A stretch of DNA of 64,000 nt, from positions 24,180,001-24,244,000 of the forward strand of contig NC_043003.1 of the NCBI RefSeq assembly GCF_006345805.1. The letters are read 5' to 3'. Positions 13,676 to 26,202 of the stretch are shown piece by piece; position 1 is the stretch's first letter, and every line of letters starts with the position of its first letter. A program made the position numbers and the translations under genes. Below the pieces are notes generated by a model, which saw only the letters and a program-made list of their open reading frames with translations, was not told where the DNA came from and did not search any database. Origin of the DNA: Octopus sinensis. Taxonomy: Eukaryota.

Positions 13676-13676
<1 letters not shown>
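13546..13676 (-). mobile_element. Truncated copy of the 29190 family
   Basis: Aligns to ~29205-29335 (GATTCAG.TGAATATGGTA...GGTAATGCAGTACG.TCG). It lies between (GATA)n and (TA)n. Confidence 0.6.
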
Positions 13677-13723
<47 letters not shown>

Positions 13724-15077
13724 TGGTGTTCTTTTCTAATATATTAATATACACAATTACTATGGCCCGAAGTTTTGCCGAGACTGTATTTGTATTCGTT
13801 ATTTCTATTCAGCCTTTTCACAGATATATTAATATTTGCCCGGTGCACATTTTAGTGACAATTCTTTAGATGAAGTATGAAGTTCTTGACAAAAACCACA
13901 AAATATACATGACTGACTGAGACAAGCAAGAATTTTTATGATTATGAATATTTGAGAGTGTTTGTGAGTCTTTATGTTTTCCTGTGTATATATGTATGCA
14001 CATGTGTTATTGGTTGGATTTAAATATCTGGAGAAATACTGTTCTATGAGTAATTGGTGAACGATTTAATCTGCAGTTGTGTTGTTATCTCTCAGCTTCT
14101 AACTAGAAACCTGCTAAATTTAATAAAGTCTCATTTCGCCTGAAGACATTTCAGTATTACTAGATTATTAAGAAACTAGTCACGAATCAAAGAAAAACCT
14201 CCCAAAGTTATAGTAGTTCCATAGAATTACTGTAATACTCATATGCTAAACTTATTTATCGACGGATTTTTTTTTTTTTTTTGCCAAAAACATTGTTTAA
14301 TGTTTAGCAAAAGATGCAGAAATCGCTGCGGAACAGTTTACAGAATTTAATTTTCTGATTAATTGGAACTGAGAATATGTCATAATTCAAATTATCCAAT
14401 TGAAGAATTTAAATACAAAATTTACACAACAATAAATTCCTTCGCAGAGCTCTCTTCAATACAAATGCAGATACCCTGTTGCTTTTATCCGCGGCGTCGA
14501 ATATTTAATGCATCCGTTCTCCACCTCTATCACCCCCAACTTTTAACTCTTTCTTTCCCTCTCACTCGTTTAATAGAATTAGTTGTTCGTTACAACCACT
14601 ATATTTAAGAACAAATATTTATTTTTATTAACGATCAGGTGAGTAGTACCGTTTTAAAAGTAAAAAAATTACCTGATTCAAATTTATGAGGAATATCGTC
14701 AAAAAGGTTGATGCAAATTCAGTAGTTTGGGTGGCCTAGCATGTTTTTTTATTCCTATAGTGATTTCTGTGGATAATTTGTCATCACTACTGATGTTGAT
14801 GCAGTCGGTTAACAACCTCTCTTTAAAATTAATGATGTTTTGCTTAAATTTCCTAGTCTTCGATTTCGTTACGGCGATTTCCTTACATCGACCTCATTAC
14901 GGACAGCGACATCGAAGAATCATAAATTACTCCAATCACAACAACAATAGTAAAATATTTGGCCAGCCCAACTGTGGAATCAACACGAGCTCTTAAGAGA
15001 ATCCGACTTATAAATTTATATCAAGATCGTTTCACTTTAAAAGAATACTGTCCAACTGTTCGAGAAATATATACATA

Positions 15078-15792
15078 TAGGCGCAGGAGTGGCTGTGTGC
15101 TAAGTAGCTTGTTTACCAACCACATGGTTCCGGGTTCAGTCCCACTGCGTGGCATCTTGGGCAAGTGTCTTCTACTATAGCCTCGGGCCAACCAAAGCCT
15201 TGTGAGTGGATTCGGTAGACAGAAACTGAAAGAAGCCCGCCGTATATATGTATATATATATATGCGTGTGTGTGTTTGTGTGTCTGTGTTTGTCCCCCTA
15301 GCATTGCTTGACAACCGATGCTGGTGTGTTTATGTCCCTGTCACCTAGCGGTTCGGCAAATGAGACCAATAGAATAAGTACTGGGCTTACAAAAGAATAA
15401 GTCCCGGGGTCGAGTTGCTCGATTAAAGGCGGTGCTCTAGCATGGCCGCAGTCAAATGACTGAAACAAGTAAAAGAGTAAAAGAGTATATAAGCGCAGGA
15501 GTGCCTATGTGGTAAGTAGGTTGCTTTCCAACCACATAGTTCTGGGTTCAGTCTCACTGCGTGGTACCTTTGGCAAATCTCTACTAATATATCCACGGGG
15601 CGACCAAAGCTGGGTGAATGTGGTAGCCGTAAACTGAAAGAAGTTTGCTGTGTATGTCTATAAAACAAAACTCACTACTTGAATGGACCATAATCAAAAC
15701 TTGGCTTAATCAGGATTTAGATAATCCTATTAGGTGGTGCTATTAAGTTAGACATGGCCTGGACCAATCTTTGGTCGAAACATATCTAAGTT

Positions 15793-15839
<47 letters not shown>

Positions 15840-16913
15840 ATATATTACATATAAAGTTAGAGTGAGGTGTTTGTTGGAAAGAAAAATATATCGAAAATTT
15901 GAAATCTGAAAATAAATAGAACACATTGACAAAAGCATATTTATTATCGTATTCAGAATGATTATTTAGGTGAAATTGTTTGTGGCAAAATTCTTTTTTA
16001 AAATGCTTCTCCGGATATTAATGACGGATCTAATAGTATAATAGTATACTATGTAGGCGCAGACTGTGCGGTGTGGCAAGGAGTTTGCTTCCGGCCCAGT
16101 CCCACTGGGTGTTACCTAGGGCACCTGTCTTGTACTATAACATCGAGATGACCAAAGCTTTGTGAGTGGATTTGGCAGACAGAAACTGAAAGAAGCCAGT
16201 CCGTCATATATGTGTGTGTGTGTGTATATCTTCCCCTACCATTTGGCAACTAGTGTTGGTTTGTTTACATCCACGTAACTTAGTGGCTCGGCCAACAAAA
16301 CAGATAGAATAGATACCAGAGTCAACTCGTTCGTCCAAAAATTCTTTGAGGCCCTGCACCAGCATGGCTTCAGTCTAATGACTGAAACAGATAAAAAATA
16401 TAAATGGGTGTATATTATCTAGAGTAAATGTATATATATATTATCTAGAGTAAATATTTCAAGCATATTTTGAGTAACACGTAATTCGAAATCAACAATA
16501 AGATTTTTTTTCAATGCATTATTCAAGAACATACAAGGAGCAATAATTTAGGGTTCTGAATAATCCTTTCTATAGGCACAAGGCCTGAAATTTTGGGAGA
16601 GTGAGCAAGTCGATTAGTGGTACTTAGTTCTTCGACCCCGAAAGGATGCAAGGCATTGTTTTGAATAATAACACACGGAATACGCCATTAGAAAATAAGT
16701 TGATAAAATAATAATGATAGAGGGGCAGGAGTGGCTGCGGTAAGTAGCTAGGCGCAGGAGTGGCTGTGTAGTAAGTAGCATGCTTACCAACTACATGGTT
16801 CCGGGTTCAGTCCCACCGCGTGGCACATTGAGCAAGTGTCTTCTACTATAGCCTCAGGCCGGCCAAAGCCTTGTGAGTGGATTTGGTAGACGGAAACTGA
16901 AAGAAGCCCGTCG

Positions 16914-16976
<63 letters not shown>

Positions 16977-17035
16977 ATGCGTGTGTCTGTGTTTGTCCCC
17001 CAGCATCGCTTGACAACCGATGCTGGTGTGTTTAC
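15078..17035 (+). mobile_element. Cluster of four same-strand family C SINEs (15078-15486, 15492-15660, 16053-16400, 16722-17035)
   Basis: Repeated family C head, core and tail motifs. The last copy has a duplicated head. Confidence 0.8.
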
Positions 17036-17099
17036 CAAAATTTTCTCAAAACAACTTGTCCGGCGGTCCCATAGGCCTCCCCTTTGAGAAACACTGTTT

Positions 17100-17519
17100 A
17101 ACCCAAATTCGAGACACCAGCAAAAGAAGAAATAAAGATAGACTGTTTTTCTATTCCAAAGAAAAACGATTTTATTCACACAAATATGCAACCGAAGAGT
17201 TTAAAGTATCAGTAATACTGCATTTTATGGCATTATTTCAAGCCAGCCGGCTTTTTTGCGCAAACTGCACGTGTATTTTACTCGCGTACGCGTAGTATCG
17301 ATCGCAACAGCTGATGTACTTGCGCGTACAAATGCACGTTCCCATGGCTTTATCGATCGCATTCTCACCTGGAATCGGTTTTTGTAATTTTTGCAAGACT
17401 TATACACGCCCTGATACCGTCGGTATCTACATATCAAATTTGAGCGCAAACGGATGGAGGATGCCCGAGATCGTAGAAGACACACACACAGACAGAGAGA
17501 ACGGATTTTATATAATAGA
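17100..17519 (-). mobile_element. Probable Helitron 5' fragment
   Basis: Minus strand starts A^TCTATTATATAAAATCCG..CTGTCTGTGTG. No 3' CTAG end was found, so the left boundary is approximate. Confidence 0.45.
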
Positions 17520-17864
17520 TTTAAAAGAAGCTCCTTTTCTTTTTTCTTTTTTTTTGGGGGCAATAATAAACAATATATAAGCACAAGTGATTGTGAAACT
17601 GAATAATTAGTATGTATCAGAATATACACAGATATCACTAAATACATAGTAAAATTGAATTTGGAAATTTAATAGCGAATTACATTCTAAAAATTAACAG
17701 CCACTTAGTGAAGCAGCGAATGTTTATTACGAATATAATTTGCAGCGTAAAAAATTTTCAGCATAGAATGAAGACATTTTAATAGCATTTGCAACGTAAA
17801 AAAGTTTCAGCATAAAACGAAAACGTTTTAATGGCATTAATATTAATATGACAGTTTAAAGCGA

Positions 17865-18720
17865 TGAGCTAGTAGAGTCGTTAGCACATCAGTTAAAGTG
17901 CTTAGCGACATTTCGTCCGTCGTTAGGTTCTGAGTTCAAATTCCGCTAAGGTCGGCCTTGCCATTAAACCTTTCGTGGTCGATATGATATGTGCCAGTTG
18001 AACACTGGAACCGATGTAGTCGACTTATCCCCTCACCCAGAATTTATTGACTTGTGAAACAATTTGAAACTAATATTAAGATAGTAGTAAGGCGGCGAGC
18101 TGGCAGAAACGTTAGCACGCCGGGCGAAATGCGTAACCGTACTTCGTCTGCCGTTATGTTCTGAGTTCAAATTCCGTCGAGGTCGACTTTGTCTTTCATC
18201 CTTTCGGGTTCGGTTAAATAAGTACCAGTTACGCACTGGGGTCGATGTAATCGACTTAATCCGTTTGTCTGTCCTTGTTTGTCCCCTCTGTGTTTAGCCC
18301 CCTGTGGGTAGTAAAGAAATAGGTATGTCGTCTATCGTTACATTCTGAGCTCAAATTCCGCAAAGATCGACTTTTCCTTTCATTCTTTCGGGGTCGTTAA
18401 ATTAAGTACTGGAGTAAATTGCGTACGGGAGCCGATCTAATCGACTAGCCCTGTTCCCAAAAATTTCGAGCCTTGTGCCTTGAGTAGAAAAGAATATTAA
18501 AATATTAGCTTAAGGCGGCGAGCAGGCAGAATCCTTAGCACACCGGGCGAAAAGTTTAGCGGTATTTGGCTCGTTTTTAGCTACCGAGCTCAAATTTTCT
18601 AAAGATTAACTTTACCTTTCCTCTTTATGGGGACGATAAAATAAATATCAGCAAAGTATCGGTGTCGATGTAATCGAATTCCCTCTCCCCAGAAATTAAG
18701 ATCCTTAGGCCAAAATTTGA
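17865..18720 (+). mobile_element. Three family M SINEs, including a dimeric copy at 18089-18496
   Basis: Head AAGGCGGCGAGCTGGCAGAA, B box GAGTTCAAATTCC and the core repeated twice in the middle copy. Confidence 0.8.
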
Positions 18721-19109
18721 AACCAATGCTAAGTTACGTTCTTAGAAAAAACTAAATGGCAAAAGACCTGAAGAAGTACACATCGAAAATTTAGTAAGTA
18801 CTATTGGGAATAAGGTAGGGTTAACATATCTTTTTAAAATCTACGATTTTGTGTTATTATCTCCATCGGTAAATGATAACAAATATATTGTATATCAGGG
18901 TAAAAATAATAGGTATTAAAGGAAAAATAAGTTATTCTAGGAATGAACACTTGCTTGAAGCATAATAATTTTTTCCAACGACAAGCATTATCAGAGTTAA
19001 TAGAATTTAGGGAAAATGTCATAGAGATCTAATGCTATTTGCTCTATTCATTTGTTCGTGTTTGCTAGATATGGTTGTGTATGTGTGTCTGGCTGGTATA
19101 AAATCTGTA

Positions 19110-19149
<40 letters not shown>

Positions 19150-19624
19150 ATATATATATATATTATATATATATATATATATTATATATTATATATATAT
19201 ATATATATGGAGAGAGGGGGATATGTGGATAGATAAATTTTAATAAACAGTAGCTGCACGATATCGTGAAGTATATTTGCCTTAAATGTGGATAACCCCT
19301 AAGGGTGGATTCTACTGTAGCTTGTAGCCCCAGGAGGCACCTCCTCCACAGCTGGCTATTGACACACTTTGTGTGCCCTATCAGTATTTTCAAAGGTAAG
19401 CCATGTTCCCATCTTCAACCTATGATACACACAGATATACCTCGCACAGAAATTTATTATAAATTTATATATATATATATATATATATAATATATCTATA
19501 TAAACAATTAAGGAACGGCCATAATAGGCCATTCACCCACTAGAAATAACAGCCAAAGCTTCTACCGCAAATAAAGATTAATTCCGTAAACAGGAGAAAA
19601 AAATAAAAAAACATTTACCCTGTA

Positions 19625-19730
19625 ATTTCTTGTACGGTATACCGTTCATCCGCTGTTTAATGGTAAACTAACCTGATTAAATTAAATCAAGCCAATCCTC
19701 CATAAGCCCTCGGATTCTTCAGCAAGAAAT
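19625..19730 (-). ncRNA. Type I hammerhead ribozyme, copy 1 of the 490-bp unit
   Basis: Minus strand reads ATTTCTTG-CTGAAGA-ATCCG...CGGAT-GAA(A)-CGGTATACCG-TA-CAAGAAAT. Stem I is 8 bp and stem II is 5 bp plus an extension. This copy lacks one A of GAAA. Confidence 0.75.
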
Positions 19731-20112
19731 AGCTCAAGTCGGAACAGATATTACACGAGGCATACCCAATCTGCCAAGGCAATATCTGACCTAAAAATTT
19801 TCAAATCGTCGCACTCGCGCCAAATTTATCGGCAGCAAATAAATATCAGCCGCGATTCCATTACGGAATTAACCAAAAAATTCATAATTAATCAATATAG
19901 GGTGGCAAGGAAAATTTTGTAGAATTTTTTGCCAACCAGCGGCCCAGTGGGAAAAAATTAAATAGTCATAGACCATTTTTAAGTTCAACATTAACAATTA
20001 AGGAACGGCCATAATAGGCCATTCACCCACTAGAAATAAACCGCCAAAGCTTCTACCGCAAATAAAGATTAATTCCGTAAACAGGAGAAAATAAAAAAAC
20101 ATTTACCCTGTA

Positions 20113-20219
20113 ATTTCTTGTACGGTTATACCGTTTCATCCGCTGTTTAATGGTAAACTAACCTGATTAAATTAAATCAAGCCAATCCTCCATAAGCCCT
20201 CGGATTTTCAGCAAGAAAT
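20113..20219 (-). ncRNA. Type I hammerhead ribozyme, copy 2 of the 490-bp unit
   Basis: Same motif ~488 nt from copy 1. GAAA is intact, with a 1-nt deletion in CTGAAGA and a 1-nt insertion in stem III. Confidence 0.7.
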
Positions 20220-20507
20220 AGCTCAAGTCGAACAGATATTTACACGAGGCATACCCAATCTTGGTCTATGACTATTTAATTTTTTCCCACTGGGCCGCTG
20301 GTGGCAATACAATTCTACAAAATTTTCCTTGCCACCCTATATTGATTAATTATGAATTTTTTGGTTAATTCCGTAATGGAATCGACGGCTGATATTTATT
20401 TGCTGCCGATAAATTTGGCGCGAGTGCGACGATTTGAAAATTTTAGGTCAGATATTGCCTTGGCAAGATTGGGTATGCCTCGTGTACATATCTGTTCGAC
20501 TTGAGCT

Positions 20508-20613
20508 ATTTCTTGTGAAGGAATCGAGGGCTTATGGAGGATTGGCTTGATTTAATTTAATCAGGTTAGTTTACCATTAAACAGCGGATGAAACGGTATA
20601 CCGTACAAGAAAT
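20508..20613 (+). ncRNA. Type I hammerhead ribozyme, copy 3 (inverted array)
   Basis: ATTTCTTG..TGAAGGAATC...CGGAT-GAAA-CGGTATACCG-TA-CAAGAAAT. The 3' half is perfect and the 5' core carries indels. Confidence 0.7.
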
Positions 20614-20949
20614 TACAGGGTAAATGTTTTTTTAATCTTTCTCCTGTTACGGAATTAATCTTTATTTGCGGGTAGAAGCTTTGGCTGTTATTTCTAGTGG
20701 GTGAATGGCCTATTTGGCGGTTCCTAATGTTAATGTTGAACTTAAAAATGGTCTATGACTATTTAATTTTTTCCCACTGGGCCGTGGTGGCAATAAAATC
20801 TCTACAAAATTTTCCTTGCCACCTATATTGATTATTATATATAGATATATATATATATATATATAATATATATATATATATATCTATGTATGTATATATA
20901 TATATAAATATATATATATATCACCTGCATATAATATATATGTATCATC

Positions 20950-21946
20950 TGCATCACAAGTTATGCAGATGATACAAAAGTTTCACAGGTAATACAGAAC
21001 CCTAACGACACTATGCACCTGCAATGTGAGCTGGACAAAATATACAAGTGGGCTGAAAAGAATAGCATGCAGTTCAATGGAGAAAAGTTTCAAGCTTTAT
21101 GCTCTCACCATGCAAAATCCAATGAATATACAGGACCTGGAGGGATTGCAATCCCAGAGGCACAATCAGTGCGAGACCTGGGTATTTACAGGATTAATGA
21201 TGCAACCTTTCATGTGCATGTTACTAAATTGGCAATGAAACGTAGGCGATTGACCGGATGGATTCTTAGAGCTTTTAGAACAAGAGACCAGGAAACCATG
21301 ATGGTCCACTGGAGGACACTTGTCCTAAGCCACTTTGACTATTGCTCTCAGCCATGGTCACCAACCAATGTCAAATTAATAGCAGAACTTGAGGCGATCA
21401 AACGAAGCTACACGAAGAAGATAGCCTCTGTGCAGCATATAAGCTATTGGGAAAGACTCAAGAGATTAAGACTCTATTCCTTAGAGCGTAGGCGAGAAAG
21501 ATATGCCATAATATACATCTGGAAGATCCTGGAAGGACTTGTCCCAAACTTTAGCATCGAGAGTTACACGAATACTAGAACTGGGCACCACTGCATAGTG
21601 CCAAGGATTCCAAATATGCCATCAAGATGGAGGACAAGATACTGTGATAGCCTGGACTTCAGAGGTCCGAAGCTCTTCAATATCCTCCCGAAGGACCTGC
21701 ATGGGGTGGATGCAGATGTCTTTAAAATAAAGCTGGACCTCGTCCTGTCAGGTGTCCCAGATGAACCAACTTCACGGCAGGAGGTGCAGATGAGGGCAGC
21801 TGCATCGAACTCTCTCATGCACCAAATGTCAATTGCTAAAAAGCATTCGTGAAGTAAAATCATGTAGCAACACCGAATGGCGGTGCCCCAGCATGGCCAC
21901 AGCTCGTGAGCTGAAACTAGATAAAATGATAAAATGATAAAATGAT
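20950..21946 (+). mobile_element. 5'-truncated CR1/Jockey-group LINE (RT C-terminus and 3' tail)
   Basis: YADDTK at 20962 is in frame with ORF 21013-21852 (LSHFDYCSQPWSP, LRLYSLERRRERY). The 3' tail has a hairpin followed by (ATAAAATG)n. Confidence 0.85.
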
Positions 21947-21993
21947 ATATATATAAACATATACAAATATATAGTTATTAATACATGAGTATA

Positions 21994-22068
<75 letters not shown>

Positions 22069-22143
22069 GTATGAAAGTATGAATGCATGCATATCTGTGT
22101 GTGAGTGTATGCGTGTATTGTGTGTGCGTGTGTGGTGTGTGTG

Positions 22144-22191
<48 letters not shown>

Positions 22192-22506
22192 GCAGGAAGA
22201 CGTGGGGAACCTTTATATTCCAATAATCAGCTGAATCCAAAACTGGATTCTGCTGAATAACGCGATAGCCATAACATGGAAATGGTCCAAACTTTTATCA
22301 TAAAGTGTGTGCCTTATAATAAGTGTATGCCTCCAGAGACTTTCGTATAAAATATCAGTTTATGAAATAGGTAAGTGGAATTAACTCCCTCACACAATTT
22401 ACAGGGACATGCGCGAACTCTTTCTGCATGTCTCTTTGCTTTTGTAAGTGTATATATACATTAAAAGCATATATACGTATATATATAACGATATAATATA
22501 TATATG

Positions 22507-22538
<32 letters not shown>

Positions 22539-22627
22539 GATAGAGAGAGAGAATATTTACACAAACATATAAATATGAATATGTATATATATGTACGTAT
22601 GTATATACATATATATATTATATTATG

Positions 22628-22682
<55 letters not shown>

Positions 22683-22700
22683 TATAATATATATATTTAC

Positions 22701-22733
<33 letters not shown>

Positions 22734-24131
22734 ATATTATATATATAGACATACACAAGAGCTAAATCAATTATGAAGATTGGACATTGTATAAAAGAAG
22801 CGATTTTTCACCCTCTTTATGTTATTTCTTTCGCCAAACAATTTTGGACAAGAGTGTAACTGGGAAATATTGCAGAATTAAGCGTTTGCCCTGTGGCACT
22901 TTCCTAAGAACACACACTTGCTGTTTCTTCTATCGTATCGTATACTACCTGAAAATCTAGAAGAATGGCTGGATTGTATCAGATTTCACTAACCTTACTT
23001 CAATTATTAGATAATGGACACCATTTGCAAGTTTATTTATTTTATTTTCATTTTATTTTCTCCTTCAATTTTTCTTTACCATATCTTTTTTTTTTATATT
23101 TCTATAACATTCTGCCTTTTAACTTTTTTACTCTTCGTTTCTATTCGTCTCTATTTCTATTTTACTTCATCCGATTTTGCTACACTTGCTTACGCATATT
23201 TTTTTCGGGTCTTTTCCTCATTTTTCTTCATTGAATTCTTAATGTTTTCCTTTCTTGTCTCTCATTCTTCTTCTAGTTCTGCTCTCCTCAATGGTTTTCT
23301 TCTTTCAATCTCGTCTTTCGTAGTATTCGTTTCGTCAGGTTTCGGCTGTCTTATTTCGTCGTCTGTCTTTCCACTTACTTTATTTTCTATAGTTTAATTT
23401 TTGTGCCTTATTTATTTATTTACTTATTGTTATTTTTCTGTATTGCTATCCTCACGTCATTTGGATTTTATTCCATCTGCAGCTTCCCCTTTCTCCTGAA
23501 TAGTTCCTACCTGTTCTATCGTCCTTCATATCTTATGTTACTTTTTATTTTCAAGCTAAAAATGGCGACTTCATAAACAATCCTAACAATAAAATGAAGC
23601 ATCAATGTTGAACATCTGCATCACTAATACGACACTATACGTTTGAAATGCATAATGCATACTGTCTCAACCAACTGTGCAGCGAATGTCCATTTTACTG
23701 TTTGGTGTATTTTTTGTGGGTTTTTGAAAGCTAAAGTTTATCTGTGCCAATGTATAATTCTCTGACAATCATTACTGTGCTTTTTCAAGTGAGTCAGTTG
23801 CAGTATTTTAGGTTTAAGGCTTTATTTTGGAACAGCAATCATGTTGAACAACAAAAATAAATGTGATATAAGGAATATTCCGGCTGCATAAGTGAAGTTA
23901 TTATACGAAGCATGGTAGCTGCATTATAAAGGATATAATGTACATGGTGGTTGCATAAGCGAGCATATAAGGGACATGGAAGTTGCGTAAATAATGTCAG
24001 AAAAAATTAATCACGTAAGCAACGTAATTCAAGTAGCTCTAAAGGAATTAATACAGCAAAATAACAATAATAATATTAATAATAATCATAATAATAATAT
24101 AATAATATATAATAAATAATAATAATAATAA

Positions 24132-24162
<31 letters not shown>

Positions 24163-24361
24163 AAGAAGAAGAGAAGAAGAGAAGAAGAAGAAGAAGAAGA
24201 ATGATTTCAAATTTTGGTACAAAATAATCAAATTTGAGGGAAGGAATTAGTTGGAGTAATTTATCCAGGTATCAGTTCTTTAGTAAGACACAAGTTTATG
24301 AATTTAGGAGCAAGTTAGAAGCTGCCGAATGTAATTTTGGTTAAGAGTGTTTTTCGTGTAC

Positions 24362-25190
24362 ATTCGTCATCATCATTCATCATTGTTCCACCGTGGTCGA
24401 GACAATGAATTTACCATGCTACGCCAGACTTCACGGTCCATCATGGCATTATGGAGGTCCTGTTGCTGGATGCCTGTATCCCTGGAGATTACATCAGGTA
24501 GGAAGTGTGCGCCCTCTGGTATTACGAGTAGATGCTTCCAGAGGAGAAGAGTAGAAATTACTTCTTTTTCAGCTCTACAACAATGTCCAGCAAACTGGAC
24601 TCTCCTACCTTTCACAAGAGATGACACAGGTGGTAGTTTTCCCATATTTTGCATTTTGGTTGGATGGCGCTTCCACGAGAGATTTTGAGCTCTCATAAGG
24701 AGGCGAGTGTAGGTTCCATCCAACCGCCTCTCAAGCTTCTTTGATAACGTCCAGGTTTTCTGAGCCATATAGTAGAATTGGGTTCGACTGTGCTTTGAAG
24801 ATTTCAAGTTTGAAGTCTCTACTTAGATTTGATGACCAGATCATATGCATGTCATTACAGGCTGACCAGCCATACCTTTCTAGTTAGAAAGTCTTTTCCA
24901 GATGATGATAGTATGACCCCATATATTTATAATCAGAAACCATATTTAAGGCGCATTGTTGAGAGTATGGATGATGCAATCCCTGTTGGACAGGCACTGT
25001 TTATGTATTCATTTTGTTTTGGCCTCATTGAGGTAAAGACCTACACAATTGAGGCTTGTTCAAGAGATTGTAAATATTACTGGCATTGGAGAGAGAATCA
25101 CTGATAAGAGCGATGTCGTCAGCAAGGTTAGTGTCTGTCAAGTACTCAGCTGGGTATCTGGAACTTCTTCTTAGTACTTCAGGGTGTTGT
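24362..25190 (-). mobile_element. RTE-clade LINE 3' fragment
   Basis: RRSSRYPAEYLTDTNLADDIALI, WTLSKKLERRLDGTYTRLL and RRVQFAGHC, with an (ATG)n-like tail. Confidence 0.8.
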
Positions 25191-25473
25191 GACTAGAACA
25201 ACCTTATGAGAGCTACATATAATTTCATTGTAGGCAGCAGGAACTAATTAAGTGAAGGGCGTTTATTACATAACAACAATGAAGTTGATTGTATCTGAGA
25301 TTTCTTTGTTCAAACATACACCACAACAGCCTAGAAAGTTATAATGCTCTCTTATTCTACTTTATTTAACAACAATTTTGCCTGAGATTTGGTAACAAGA
25401 CTACTCAAATATTAGGAATTCTCACAGAATACAGGACGGCACTGTTCTGTAATTCTTCAATACACACACACAC

Positions 25474-25523
<50 letters not shown>

Positions 25524-26049
25524 GTGTGTGTGTGTGTGTGGATAGGGGGGGTTTCATCTCCAGTATCCTTCAGTTTCTAAGGCAGGAATTCGGATGTTGT
25601 GTCAAGTACAACAATTAGCAAAGGAATAATTCTTACCTTTGTGATTTATAATCTATTCATCTATCACGCTAGGTCTGACCATCATCATCATCGTCATCAT
25701 TATTACTGTTATTATTATTATTATTTGAAATCCTTTAAATTAACTTAATAATCGAGCAAGCATGAATATTTTATAAATATAATTAGATACATATAAATTT
25801 ATATTAGCATCGATATAGGGAGGCTAGCAACAGACGATGGTGCATCTTGTCTCCCAGTATTTCTCAAAGGTATACCCACACCACCTACCTGCTTTCGATA
25901 ACTTGACACGTATCCACACTGCTTTCATTAAAACATCCATGATGCGAGTGTCACCGTAAACTGCCATCGCTCAGAGGTACCAGAATAGCTCGCTCAGTGG
26001 AGTTGCTTTTTGTATTATCAGCCGCTCAGACATATCTACTTTTCTCTCC

Positions 26050-26115
<66 letters not shown>

Positions 26116-26123
26116 TTATCTAT

Positions 26124-26161
<38 letters not shown>

Positions 26162-26202
26162 GCATGTGTATATATATATATACACATACACACACACACA
26201 CA

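Larger units (their letters stand above)
19503..20834. mobile_element. Retrozyme-like / Penelope-type pLTR array: ~490-bp unit with one type I hammerhead per unit, ~1.55 units on minus joined head-to-head to ~1.15 units on plus
   Basis: AACAATTAAGGAACGGCC recurs at 19503 and 19993 (period 490). From ~20262 the unit is reverse-complemented (GGTCTATGAC at 20263 and 20750). Both ends abut (TA)n, and the unit has no long ORF. Confidence 0.8.

Noticed and set aside
17041-17096. CAGTGTTTCTCAAA hAT-like terminus with a short inverted partner
   Set aside because: Too short, one end is incomplete, and no 8-bp TSD is visible.
19503-20834. Interpretation as a missed-adapter palindrome, spike-in or protein-coding insert
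   Set aside because: The junction is not a mirror point (it joins different unit positions), the tandem periodicity exists on both sides, and no consistent ORF is present. An artefact cannot be fully excluded without reads.
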